Positions 50,424 through 60,342 of a DNA stretch of 64,000 bases are shown piece after piece; position 1 is the stretch's first letter; each line of letters begins with the position of its first letter. The position numbers and the translations under genes were made by a program. This DNA comes from Planctomycetota bacterium (lineage in GTDB: Bacteria > Planctomycetota > UBA8108 > UBA1146): assembly GCA_018694835.1 (NCBI GenBank), contig JABHOG010000126.1, forward strand, positions 1,765-65,764, given 5' to 3'. The notes under the pieces are model-generated. The model was not told the origin of the DNA. It saw only the letters and a list, made by a program, of their open reading frames with translations, and did not search any database.

Positions 50424-52526
50424 ATGCATCGATTCCAGAACGTCGGAAACCAGAGCCGAGGAGTATTCTTGAGATCTCAGAATCACAATGATCCGTCCCC
50501 CGAAGACGGGGAAATCGACCCGTCGGAGAAGAGCGCCTGGAGCCAACGACCCTGGGTCTGGTTCCTCATCATGTTGATGATCGTGGTAGTGATGGTCCAG
50601 ATGGCCGGTCCAGGAGCGATCGGAAATTCACGAGAGGTTCCCGCGTCAGAGCTGCTCAAGCAGGCGAGCCGGAGCAACATTCAGAAACTCGAAGAGGTCG
50701 AACTGGATGTATTTGTCGCCACTCTGAAAGCACCCATCGAAGTTGAAGTGATAGAGTTCACGGGGAAAAGTCTGGTCGAGACGAAGAGTTTGCGATCCAA
50801 CATTCCTCCGGCCCTCAAGGAAAATATCTTTCTGGTCATCACCGCCGCTCAGGGAGAGGTGGTCTTCCTGTCCACCTCTGCTCCTGCATGGCAAGTGATC
50901 GTTGGAGGGCTACTCCCCATCATTATCCTGGTCGGATTCTTCTGGTGGATGAGTAACCGCGTTCGCCGTCAGATGGGTGGCCCCGGAATTTTCGGGAAGT
51001 TTGCCAGCAATCAGGCGAAGCGATTCGAGAAGGATGAGCATTCCGTCTCCTTCGAGGACGTCGCTGGCCTGAAGAATGTCAAAAAAGAACTGTCAGAGAT
51101 CGTCGAGTTCCTCCGGGAACCAGAGCGGTTCACCAAACTGGGTGCAAAGATCCCCAAGGGTGTTCTGCTGGTAGGACCTCCGGGCACAGGTAAGACGCTT
51201 CTGGCGCGAGCCGTGGCCGGCGAAGCAGAAGTGCCCTTCTTTTCCATCTCAGGCTCAGAATTCATCGAGTTGTTTGTCGGTGTCGGAGCTTCCAGGGTTC
51301 GAGAACTGTTCGAAGAGGCCAAGCGGAGCGCACCCTGCATCATCTTCATCGATGAGATCGATGCGGTCGGAAGGTCGAGAGGAGCAGGTCTGGGCGGGGG
51401 CCATGACGAGAGAGAGCAAACCCTCAATCAGATCCTGTCGGAGATGGACGGTTTCGAGTCGAATCAGGCCGTAATCGTACTCGCGGCGACCAATCGACCG
51501 GATGTCCTCGATGCTGCTCTGGTCCGACCGGGACGATTCGATCGGCAGGTAGTAGTCGAAAGGCCGCAGAAAGATGGCCGCCGTGCGATCCTCAAGGTGC
51601 ACAGCAAGGATATGCCCCTCGACAAAAACGTCGACATGGAACTGCTGGCACGAGGAACGATTGGATTCTCCGGAGCAGATCTTGAAAATCTCGCCAACGA
51701 AGCGGCATTGATGGCCGCGCGTCGGGGCCACAATACGATCACCCAGGGTGACTTCGATCGGGCCAAGGACAAGATCCAGCTCGGAACCCTACGTGATGAA
51801 GCGATGAGTGATCGTGAGAAGGAACTGACGGCCTATCATGAAGCGGGACATGCTTTGGTGGCACTGTTGCAACCGGAGACCGATCCGGTTCACTCGGTGA
51901 CCATCGTTCCTCGCGGTAGAGCACTCGGGGTCACCCAGCAATTGCCCAGAGAAGAGATTCATAATTACTCTCGCACATATCTGCGCAACAGAATCGCCAT
52001 CTTGCTGGGAGGTCGAGCAGCAGAGGACCTTGTTTTTCAGGAGTTCACCACCGGCGCACAGAATGATCTGGAGCAGGCTACTAACCTGGCAGAACGAATG
52101 ATCTGTCAGTGGGGAATGAGTGAGAAGATGGGTCCAGTTTCCTTCAAGCGGAGCGAGGAGCATGTCTTCCTCGGTCGTGAGTTGGGGGATTCGAGTGGTA
52201 TCAGTGAGCACACTGCGATGCTCATCGACGAAGAGATCCGAGCGATGCTCGACGACGGTTATCAGCGAGCGATGAAGATCCTTGGAGAGTCACGAGAGCA
52301 ACTCGAGTTATTGACGAGAGAATTACTGGAGAAGGAAGTTCTCAATGATCGAGAGATCTACGATCTGATGGGGATCGCGGTCCCACCGGAACTGGCCGAG
52401 ATGATCCAAGATTCGGGAGAGCCTCCAGCCTCGAGAACAGCGCCAGAAAAAAAGGTAGATGCGGCAGAGGATCCAAAATTGCCCAAGGAGATGGATCCTG
52501 GAATGTTGGGCCTGGAGGGCTCCTGA
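50424..52526 (+). CDS. ftsH: ATP-dependent zinc metalloprotease FtsH
   Basis: 700 aa; two TM helices, AAA module ([18 protein letters not shown], second region of homology), HEAGHAL zinc motif. Confidence 0.9.
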   Translation: MHRFQNVGNQSRGVFLRSQNHNDPSPEDGEIDPSEKSAWSQRPWVWFLIMLMIVVVMVQMAGPGAIGNSREVPASELLKQASRSNIQKLEEVELDVFVATLKAPIEVEVIEFTGKSLVETKSLRSNIPPALKENIFLVITAAQGEVVFLSTSAPAWQVIVGGLLPIIILVGFFWWMSNRVRRQMGGPGIFGKFASNQAKRFEKDEHSVSFEDVAGLKNVKKELSEIVEFLREPERFTKLGAKIPKGVLLVGPPGTGKTLLARAVAGEAEVPFFSISGSEFIELFVGVGASRVRELFEEAKRSAPCIIFIDEIDAVGRSRGAGLGGGHDEREQTLNQILSEMDGFESNQAVIVLAATNRPDVLDAALVRPGRFDRQVVVERPQKDGRRAILKVHSKDMPLDKNVDMELLARGTIGFSGADLENLANEAALMAARRGHNTITQGDFDRAKDKIQLGTLRDEAMSDREKELTAYHEAGHALVALLQPETDPVHSVTIVPRGRALGVTQQLPREEIHNYSRTYLRNRIAILLGGRAAEDLVFQEFTTGAQNDLEQATNLAERMICQWGMSEKMGPVSFKRSEEHVFLGRELGDSSGISEHTAMLIDEEIRAMLDDGYQRAMKILGESREQLELLTRELLEKEVLNDREIYDLMGIAVPPELAEMIQDSGEPPASRTAPEKKVDAAEDPKLPKEMDPGMLGLEGS

Positions 52527-52618
52527 GCCTCCTTTGAGCCTGCTCGATCGGGAAACTCGTCAAATCGTCGATCGCCATCGCGGATGGTTGCACCTGCCAT
52601 CGAGCAGGGGCAGCATCC

Positions 52619-54358
52619 GTGCGGGGGAACGGCCAAATGAGCGAACGGCTCTACCAAAAATTCCATCCACAGGAACAGTACTCGGAACTCCTGGGAGGGG
52701 TCGGCGGCGATGATCGTCTCGACCAGTTGGACCTGCTGGCGCAGCAGGACAGTGGTGATCCACATTATGCCGGTCGATTACTGATTCACTCCGATCAGCA
52801 AGGCAAGGTTTTTGACATCTCGACCACCTCACTCGAGGAACTCATCGATCGAGCACGTGCCCCAGCAGGCGACCAATGGACGACGATTCTCCCGGGAGGA
52901 TTGAGATCTCTGGTGGAGCAGTTTGCCCATCTCGCCCGGTTGCTGGTATTTCTCGCGGAACAGGGTGTGGTGCTATACGTGATTCCACCATCGGCGCTGG
53001 TACTGGGTAGCGATGGAAGACTTCGTGTGAGGAATGATCGAATCGTAGTCGATCTGGATGCCAGCATCGATGAGATGGCCTGTAGGGTTGCCCCTGAGAT
53101 CCTTCTTTCAAGAGATCCCATCCCCTTCGAGGAGAACCAGATCGTCTATGCACTGGCGGTCTTGGTCCACGAGTGTGCCCATGGCTCTCCACCGTGGTCT
53201 GGCAGGACCGCTGCGGAAGTCGCCGATCGACTTCTGTCGAGAGACCCGGGTTATTTCATTTCCGACCGGGTCAGCGATCCTCCGGGTTTGAGTGGGTTAC
53301 TGAGAGACGCACATTCTCCAGATCCACAACTTCGTCCCGCCACCCTTCGAGGTTTTGCCAGCATGCTCGATGCGGTTCGAGATGGAGCGCGACCCCGCTC
53401 ACGCCGCAATAGTTCTGTCGAGGAGGGGCGGCTCAGTAGACGATGGGGCCGATACTTCGGGATGATCGTTCTGTTGATTCTGGCGGTCTGGCTGGGACGG
53501 TCGAGCGTAGAAGGTCCAGCCACCGCGGATCTGATTCGCAGCCTCTCCTCGGCGATGCTGGCACGACCGCTTCCGAGCCATGCGGAGGATGTTCCCGTGC
53601 ATTCGTTAGGGCAAACGCTGCTCGATCTGTACGGAGAAGAGGCATCTTCCTTGCGCAGCGATCCGGCTGTTCAGCGTCAGTTGGCGTGGGTAGCCATCCG
53701 TGCAGGAAAGCCGCGAGCGGCGCGGCTTGCCGCTAGATTTGCCTTTCAGAGCGATCCGTCCCGTCCGGGTCCATGGACAACACTGGGAATCGCCGCCCTC
53801 GAAATGGGGGACCTGGGGGGGCTTGTAGAGCTTCAACGGAGCATCGAATTGGAACCTCTCGATCGATTTGATCGCTGGAGTCGAGGTGCTGCTCAGATGT
53901 ATCTCCTGCGCTATTCATCCGCTGCGAGAACTTTCTCAGAGATCGCTGAGCAGGATCCCGAGGATGCGGATGCCTGGTTTCATCTGGCTCTTGCGCGATT
54001 GCGCAGTGAAGACATCTACGGAGCTGCCGATGCGCTGGCTACGTCACGTCGCATTCGCCCCTTCGATGGTTGGAGCGATTGGCTCGCCGCAGAGATCTAT
54101 CATGCCAGGGGTATGGATGAAGAGGCACTCCAGCTGCTGGAGGAAGCCACTGCCCGCTTTTCGTCATCTGCGGGATTAGCGTTGCGCATCGGGGCCTTGT
54201 GGGGTCGCCTGGGAGATCCGGTGCGAGGTCGGGATTGGATTCGTCGGGCAGATGCTCAGCGAATGACCGCTCCCAGGAGAGAGTGGCGAGCCGGAGGTCG
54301 ATTTGTCGAGCCGGGGCGAGATCACCTGATGCTGGGACCACCTGCGCCTCCTGAATAG
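52619..54358 (+). CDS. membrane-anchored protein-kinase-like (apparently catalytically dead) domain + TPR-repeat protein
   Basis: N-terminal region resembles a kinase C-lobe (RVAPEIL, VYALAVLVHECAHGSPPW) but lacks VAIK Lys, HRD Asp and DFG. Followed by a TM helix (YFGMIVLLILAVWLG) and TPR-like repeats. Confidence 0.55.
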   Translation: MRGNGQMSERLYQKFHPQEQYSELLGGVGGDDRLDQLDLLAQQDSGDPHYAGRLLIHSDQQGKVFDISTTSLEELIDRARAPAGDQWTTILPGGLRSLVEQFAHLARLLVFLAEQGVVLYVIPPSALVLGSDGRLRVRNDRIVVDLDASIDEMACRVAPEILLSRDPIPFEENQIVYALAVLVHECAHGSPPWSGRTAAEVADRLLSRDPGYFISDRVSDPPGLSGLLRDAHSPDPQLRPATLRGFASMLDAVRDGARPRSRRNSSVEEGRLSRRWGRYFGMIVLLILAVWLGRSSVEGPATADLIRSLSSAMLARPLPSHAEDVPVHSLGQTLLDLYGEEASSLRSDPAVQRQLAWVAIRAGKPRAARLAARFAFQSDPSRPGPWTTLGIAALEMGDLGGLVELQRSIELEPLDRFDRWSRGAAQMYLLRYSSAARTFSEIAEQDPEDADAWFHLALARLRSEDIYGAADALATSRRIRPFDGWSDWLAAEIYHARGMDEEALQLLEEATARFSSSAGLALRIGALWGRLGDPVRGRDWIRRADAQRMTAPRREWRAGGRFVEPGRDHLMLGPPAPPE

Positions 54359-55733
54359 AAGATGGGATTGAATAACAGCCCACTCACTCCGTCATCCCTC
54401 TCGAGTGAATGATCGTGGCGATTCAGCTGCGGGAAACACTCGAGAAAGGAGTCGGAAATGTCGAATCGCTCTCTACTGGTGATGGCACTGCTGGTGTCAC
54501 CGATGATCCTGGCAGCTACAAAAGTCGAGGCTGTCTCGCCCCGCAAGTTGCGATGTGTCTCGGCCACCGCGCGTCAATCGGTCAGGGCTTGTTCCCTTCA
54601 TGACCATTCGCACAACATCTTGCCGGGCATCGTTTACTCCAGACGGGGTGGAGGCTGTTTCCGAACCTTATCGAACGGAATGACGCAGGTCTGGAGAGCA
54701 GCGTCCTCGCATATCGAATACCGGAAGGTATGCAGTCCGGATCGATTTCGTACGGTGACCCGCTTTCGCACCGTCTTTCGCTGTGGAGTCCCTTCTCGAA
54801 GGTCATACCAGCAACGGATCCGGATCCCGGGAAGGGCCCGCAGGGTCTCTCACCGGGTCCATGTCCCCGGTGCCTGGGTTTTCCAGAAGCCCGATTGTGG
54901 CCTCTCTGGTGTCGGTCCCTTTCACTAGAGTCCCTCCCTTTGCCCCCGGGGCCGACGGAACCCACCGTCGGCCCCGGATCTTTTCTTTCCACACCTTGAC
55001 CTGTGGCTGACCACCCCCCATATTCCTGCCAGCCCAAGATCTGGACCCATCCCTCTGGCTCTGGCTGATAAAGTTGATTCGAGAATCGTGAGAGTGTGTT
55101 TCTCCACCTGCCATCTCCACCCGCTCTGAGAGTTCCAACACTCCTCTCTGATAAAATTGAGAAGTCTCTATCGGTTCGAGTCCGCAACTGGAGTCCAACA
55201 CTGGAGTCGGCGGCGATCGGTCAGAGGTTTCAGATCAGTGGCTTGAATACGCGGTTTCCCAGGGGGGAAATCGATTCGGGAACTCGGCTCCAGAATCCGC
55301 CTGTGCACTGAAGCAGGGAATGGGGGAATCGGCGGGTGTGGGGCGTGGATCAGGGACCGATCGTGGCGGAGGCGGGACGCGCCTTTTGCCCGAAGATGGA
55401 TGACCAGGCTGGGGAGCCTGGACGGGGACGCCCCTCTGTGGGGCGAGGGGATCCGATCGAGGAGCCGTGCCAGGTACGGCGACTTGAAGACGGGAGCGTG
55501 GGGGGAAGAGAGAGAGCGGTCTTGCACCGCTGATCGCAGGATCCGTTCCTGCTGGATCCATCTCCAACTACCACCGCCTGCTGGATCGAAGAAAGCCCTG
55601 TCCACTCCCGGTATGTCTCCGCCTGTTTTCCTGATCGCTCCCACCTCTCAACATCACGCACATCGGCCTGCTCGTCCCTACGCACTTCCTGGGCAGGTTT
55701 CCCAACGTCCTAGCGACATTCATACCCAAGCTT

Positions 55734-55770
55734 CTCCTCGCCGAGTAGGGACGGCGAGGAGCTTTTCTCC
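55734..55770 (+). terminator. strong hairpin (10-bp perfect GC stem, 8-nt loop) followed by CTTTTCT; terminator/attenuator-like element in the leader of the giant regulator gene
   Basis: ctcctcgccg-agtaggga-cggcgaggag-cttttctccc, read directly. Confidence 0.4.
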
Positions 55771-55897
55771 CAGCCGGGGGCGATTTTCACCGTTACTTTT
55801 CTTTACGGGAGAGGCCCCGCCCGATACCCTATCCGTCAGGATTTGTTACGGTCGTATGGGGGTGCTGAGAAGGCGCCGATTCGAGGAGGTGGGTTCG

Positions 55898-58800
55898 ATG
55901 GACGGAGAGAGCCAAGTGGTCGAATCGAGCGGAGAAGCGCTGGAAGAGACCCCTCGCCAGCAAGCGTTGACTCGGCTTCGTGAGTGGATCCAGATCGGAC
56001 TCGATCCCGACCCCGAAACTCCTCGCAAGGGCGCCACCAACTGTTCTTTGTCGCTGATCGGTGGTGCCAGCGGGATCGGCAAGACTCACCTGATCGCTCA
56101 GGCGCTCTCGGAGTCCTCCGCAGCAACAGGACCGATACTCAGTTGTCGGGTTCATTGCCACGAGCGTCAGGGGATCCCATTTCTTCCGGTGCTTCGTCTG
56201 GTCAAGGATCTCATCATCGAACATGGCGAGACGAGAGGGCTGTGGCGGCGCTACGCCCATGTCCTGGTGCGGGTCTTTCCCGAGCTGCAACAGGAGGTCA
56301 AAGGTGTCGTCGACCAGGAGCCTCTGGCGGGAACTCGCGGCCGGATCCAGTTCCACCAGGCTTTGACGGGGATTCTCTGGGAACTGGCGAAGGATCGGAC
56401 TCTTGTCCTGGTCCTCCATGACCTGCACCGGAGTGACCCAGGGACCATCGAGTTTGTCGAATACCTGGCCAGAAATTCGGCTCTCTCCAGGGAGCCTGCC
56501 CAGGGGGCAGGAAACCCGGCTGGAGGCGAGGGTGACCGGGACTGGAAGCAGATCCGTGCGAGGGAGGGGCGCGCCGGGGAGTTCGCCAGTTCCATCGTCG
56601 AGCCGGATCAGGACACCACCTTCCCAGCGGAACAGGTTCAGGGACGTCTTCTCATCGTAGGAGATCATTGTTCCGATAGTTTCGCCGCTAGCGCTCCAGA
56701 ACTGCAGCGGTTGGCGAGTCAGCCCTTCTGTCGAACCATCGATCTCCCCTCCTGGACCGGGTCAGAAGTCTCGGATCTGGTGAATCAACAACTCGGGAGC
56801 GAACCCCCTGAGGAACTGGCCAAGACCATCGCCGAAGGTTGCGATGGCAATCCAATGCTGGTGCTGGAGATGTGCCGGTTGCTTGAGGAAGGTGGCGTGG
56901 CTTCGCCGCTCGAGGCGGAGAGTGTAGAAGCCCTACTCGAGAGTGCTCGAGGGGGTGATCTGACACAACTAGTGGTCGAGCGCAGAGTGGCAGCTCTCCC
57001 GCCATTGGAGCGACGAGTGCTGGAGCAATTGGCCATGTTACGAAGACCGGTTCAATCTTCATTTTTGGTTCGGTGTTGCGGAGTCTCTCAGGAGCGCCTC
57101 GAAGGAGCGTTGGAGCCACTGATCCAGCGAGGATTCGTCGATCGTCATGAATCGAGAGGCAAGGTTCGGTTCCACATCAGCCATGAGATTCACATGCGAG
57201 GAATCCGTTCAGCGATTCGACCCGAAGCGGCAAGGAATCTGCAAAAAGAACTGGGGATGACTCTCAGCGAGGATGTACGAAGCCGGGATCCGGTTCGAGC
57301 CTACGAAGTGCACGAGTTACTGGCCGCTGGAAATGAACCGAAACTGGCCATCCCGTACGGGATCATCGCCATGAGTTACTTTGCCGATGCCTACGCCGAG
57401 CCTCTGGCGATTCGCATCGGAAAAAAGATGCTCGAACTGCTCGAGGGCGATGCCGATCCCAAGTTACGCGTTGAGATTCTCGGTCGACTGGCTCGTCTTG
57501 AGGTCGAGGTCGGTCAACTGGAGTCGGGTAAGTTGCATCTCAAATTGCTACTGGAAGATCCCGACCTGACTCCAGAGGAACGAGTGGAGTCACGATTCTA
57601 CCTTGCCGAGATCTACCACCAACTGGGAGAGCCGTTGAAGGGGATCCGAGGCCTCAACCGGATCAGTTCCTCCGATCTGGACACTGCAGGAGCAATTGCG
57701 CTGCCGAAACTGACGATCTTGCGAGCTCGTCTACGACTGCAACGACGAGATATCAAGAGGGCGATGAGCCATTGCTTGCAGGCACAAAAGCAGATCTCGG
57801 GGATCGATCAGCATGAGGGAGTGGAGAAGCTGCAATGTCAGGTGCTGGAAGTCCTGGCGGAAACCCATCTCGCCAGAGGCGACTCTGCTGCCGCACTCAA
57901 CACTTATCAGCGGCTACTCGATCAGGTGGAAAGAGACGAGGATCCGGTGGCACTCGGATCGGTCCTTCGAATCATCGGGAGAGTCTATTACGAGCGAGGG
58001 AAACACTTCCGCGCCGCCAGGTACCTGTTCCGAGCGCTGGAAGTGGTCGACCGATCTCAGGATGTCAGGGCTCTCGCTGCGACCTTCGAATTACTGGGTA
58101 AGGTCTACAGGAACAGCGGCGATTTCTCACGAAGCCTCGAGCATTTCCGTCGCTCTCTGACCTTGCGGGAGCGGATCGGTGACAGCCATCAGATTTCTCC
58201 GACTCTCAACTCCATCGGAAGCCTCCACGCTCATTCGGGCGATTACGATCGGGCGATTCGTTTCTTCAAGCGTAGTATCTCCAATAGCGAGAAGTTTGGC
58301 AGTACCGAGGGAATCGTTCGTTCCTTCCTGCACCTGGGCTGGGCATGGTTTGCGCTGGGAGAACGAAAGCAGGTCGAGAATCTGGCTCGTCAGATCCTCA
58401 TTCTCACCCAGGAGTTTGAACTGCCGAAGCACCAGCCGGAAGGCCATCGCTTGCTGGGGAACCTGGCACTTCTGCGCAGGGACTGGAAACTCGCCGATCG
58501 CGAACTGAAGAAGGCGCTCGACCTGAGCCAGAAGCAAGGACTCGATCGAGTGGTGGCAGCCAGCCTCTTTGATCGCGCTCAGTTGGGGATCGAGAGAGAA
58601 GAGTACGAGGAGTCTCTCAAGCTTGTCAGCCGAGGGTTGCTCACCGCCGAATCGCTTCAATCGGTACCACTGATTGTCCGTGGACTGCTACTCAAGGGGT
58701 CGATCAGTTTGCAGCGAAATGAGGAGGGGCAAGAGAAGGCACTCGAGAATTACGAGAAAGCACTTCAAATGATCAGCGGAGATTCGCTGTTGCCTCTTCA

Positions 58801-60253
58801 GTGGCAGATCCACTACGCCCTCGCCAGGGTTCAGCAGAGTTCCCATGACTTCGAAGGCGCATGCGTTTTCTACGACCGAGCAGCCGCCATCATCGAACGG
58901 ATCTCACAGAGGCTGCCCGAGGATATGAGGGTCGTCTATCTCAATGATCGCAGACGCAAGAACTTCTTCGCCGACCTCCAACGCTTCAGGAGGGAATCCG
59001 ATTCTCTCCCTCCAGCGATCGGTCCGGGACCGGTGGTTTTCTCCGACCTCGATCAGGGCGGGGGCGGCGGTCACGGAGCAAATAACGGCTCCGACCTGCT
59101 AGTGGCCGCGGTGAATGCGGCGACCAGACTGGGGAAGAGAATCGAACTCCGCACCTTCCTCGAAGGGGTACTCGATGAATCGAGGAAGATTGCACCGAGT
59201 CCTCGAGGCTTCATCGCAGCGCTCAGGAAACGCCGTTGGCAGAGCCTGGCAGATATCGACATGGGACCGACAGAGGATTGGCTTCCACAGCAACAAGTTC
59301 TTGGCGCCCTTGCGCAAGAGTGTCTCGATCGAGGCGTGGCGATTCGCAGTGGAACCGCAGCCTGGGAGTCGTGGATACACAACCACCCACAGGAGTCCTC
59401 GGTGAGAGGCCGAAGCCTGCTGGCGATCCCCTTCTGTGCAGAAGGGGTCCTTTCTATTGCTCTGGTTCTGGAGCGCCCGACCGCTGGGAATCCGTTCCAG
59501 GAACAGGATGTCGCCGAGGTGATTCGATTGCTCTCGATGGTCAAGGGCCAGATGAGGGCGCTGGCCGAGAATGCTCAGTTACTCGAGTACCAGGAGAGTG
59601 AGATCGGATCGTTGGCCGCACTGGATGTGGACCTCGAGCAGTTCCTCGATCGCCATCATCGTGACAAGCAGCCGCTGGGATTTCTCGAGATGAGTTTTCC
59701 TGGTCTCGACATCCTCTTGAAAGAGCGTCAGGACGAGACCTTTGTCGAACGGCTACTTCAGATGCTGGAACCAAACTCCGGGGTCTACCACACCGGTGGA
59801 GATCATCTGGTCTGTGCACTGATCGGGCCGGGAGAAGATGACCTGCGCCAGCGCAGTCGTGACCTTCAGCACGTATTCCATGATCTTCGTCAGGAGTTTG
59901 GATTACCGATGGAAGTCGCCATCCACATCTTGCCGAGATGGTATCCAGTTGGATCGAAAGAGGTGGCTGAACTCAGCAGTGGTAGAGCGGACCTGTTTCG
60001 ATCCGCGCAAAAACCAGATCTCGATCAGGAGGTTGCCAGGCTGACTTCAGGAGAGTTGACCCTGCGAGAGGCCAAGGCCGCCCTCGAGCGTCGATATATC
60101 ATCGCAGAGTTATTTCGCTCCGGAGGGAATATCACCCGGGCTGCTGAGGCACTGGGGATTCATCGTCCTCAACTATCGAACCTGCTCAAGCGCCATGAAA
60201 TCCGCAAGGAAGATTTTGAAGGGGACTCTGGAAAGAAAACCAGTTCCTCCTGA
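55898..60253 (+). CDS. giant multidomain regulator: STAND/AAA_16-type P-loop ATPase + extended TPR arrays + GAF domain + GGDEF-like segment + C-terminal Fis-type (HTH_8) DNA-binding domain
   Basis: Start set at Met 55898 with GAGGAGGTG RBS 6 nt upstream; the first 166 codons of the 1617-aa track ORF are low-complexity and look non-coding. Walker A LIGGASGIGKTHL with STAND-like continuation, many TPR-like repeats, GAF-like block (SLLAIPFCAEGVLSIALVLERP), GGDEF-like VYHTGGDHLVCALIG. C-terminal HTH REAKAALERRYIIAELFRSGGNITRAAEALGIHRPQLSNLLKRH. Confidence 0.75.
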   Translation: MDGESQVVESSGEALEETPRQQALTRLREWIQIGLDPDPETPRKGATNCSLSLIGGASGIGKTHLIAQALSESSAATGPILSCRVHCHERQGIPFLPVLRLVKDLIIEHGETRGLWRRYAHVLVRVFPELQQEVKGVVDQEPLAGTRGRIQFHQALTGILWELAKDRTLVLVLHDLHRSDPGTIEFVEYLARNSALSREPAQGAGNPAGGEGDRDWKQIRAREGRAGEFASSIVEPDQDTTFPAEQVQGRLLIVGDHCSDSFAASAPELQRLASQPFCRTIDLPSWTGSEVSDLVNQQLGSEPPEELAKTIAEGCDGNPMLVLEMCRLLEEGGVASPLEAESVEALLESARGGDLTQLVVERRVAALPPLERRVLEQLAMLRRPVQSSFLVRCCGVSQERLEGALEPLIQRGFVDRHESRGKVRFHISHEIHMRGIRSAIRPEAARNLQKELGMTLSEDVRSRDPVRAYEVHELLAAGNEPKLAIPYGIIAMSYFADAYAEPLAIRIGKKMLELLEGDADPKLRVEILGRLARLEVEVGQLESGKLHLKLLLEDPDLTPEERVESRFYLAEIYHQLGEPLKGIRGLNRISSSDLDTAGAIALPKLTILRARLRLQRRDIKRAMSHCLQAQKQISGIDQHEGVEKLQCQVLEVLAETHLARGDSAAALNTYQRLLDQVERDEDPVALGSVLRIIGRVYYERGKHFRAARYLFRALEVVDRSQDVRALAATFELLGKVYRNSGDFSRSLEHFRRSLTLRERIGDSHQISPTLNSIGSLHAHSGDYDRAIRFFKRSISNSEKFGSTEGIVRSFLHLGWAWFALGERKQVENLARQILILTQEFELPKHQPEGHRLLGNLALLRRDWKLADRELKKALDLSQKQGLDRVVAASLFDRAQLGIEREEYEESLKLVSRGLLTAESLQSVPLIVRGLLLKGSISLQRNEEGQEKALENYEKALQMISGDSLLPLQWQIHYALARVQQSSHDFEGACVFYDRAAAIIERISQRLPEDMRVVYLNDRRRKNFFADLQRFRRESDSLPPAIGPGPVVFSDLDQGGGGGHGANNGSDLLVAAVNAATRLGKRIELRTFLEGVLDESRKIAPSPRGFIAALRKRRWQSLADIDMGPTEDWLPQQQVLGALAQECLDRGVAIRSGTAAWESWIHNHPQESSVRGRSLLAIPFCAEGVLSIALVLERPTAGNPFQEQDVAEVIRLLSMVKGQMRALAENAQLLEYQESEIGSLAALDVDLEQFLDRHHRDKQPLGFLEMSFPGLDILLKERQDETFVERLLQMLEPNSGVYHTGGDHLVCALIGPGEDDLRQRSRDLQHVFHDLRQEFGLPMEVAIHILPRWYPVGSKEVAELSSGRADLFRSAQKPDLDQEVARLTSGELTLREAKAALERRYIIAELFRSGGNITRAAEALGIHRPQLSNLLKRHEIRKEDFEGDSGKKTSSS

Positions 60254-60281
60254 GTTCTGTGGGGATCACCTGCCAAAGAAA

Positions 60282-60314
60282 GTGGGCCTCGACGCCGGCT
60301 GCGTCGAGGCCCAC
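60282..60314. terminator. bidirectional terminator hairpin (14-bp perfect stem) between convergent regulator and histone-fold genes
   Basis: gtgggcctcgacgc-cggct-gcgtcgaggcccac, flanked by aaagaaa/tgttctg. Confidence 0.6.
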
Positions 60315-60342
60315 TGTTCTGACAAGATCGAGATCTCGTCAA

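Noticed and set aside
52540-52612. Imperfect long-range inverted repeat (CCTGCTCGATCG...CCATCGAGCAGG) after ftsH
   Set aside because: The stem has a mismatch, a ~45-nt interior and no T-tract. It could be a weak terminator or chance.
55160-55215. tRNA-like 3' end (GGTTCGAGTCC T-loop motif followed by ACTGGAGTCCA)
   Set aside because: I could not build a cloverleaf. The T-stem forms only 3 bp and no complementary 5' acceptor strand (CTCCAGT) occurs within ~80 nt upstream. It is kept only as part of the intergenic-region finding.
55400-55897. First 166 codons of the 1617-aa ORF in the ORF track (MTRLGSLDGD...)
   Set aside because: Low-complexity Arg/Pro/Ser-rich translation with no RBS. A strong GAGGAGGTG RBS precedes the in-frame ATG at 55898, so the gene most likely starts there and the 5' part is leader.
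55829-56668. 279-aa minus-strand ORF overlapping the start of the giant regulator
   Set aside because: Antisense to the regulator's well-defined P-loop NTPase region.
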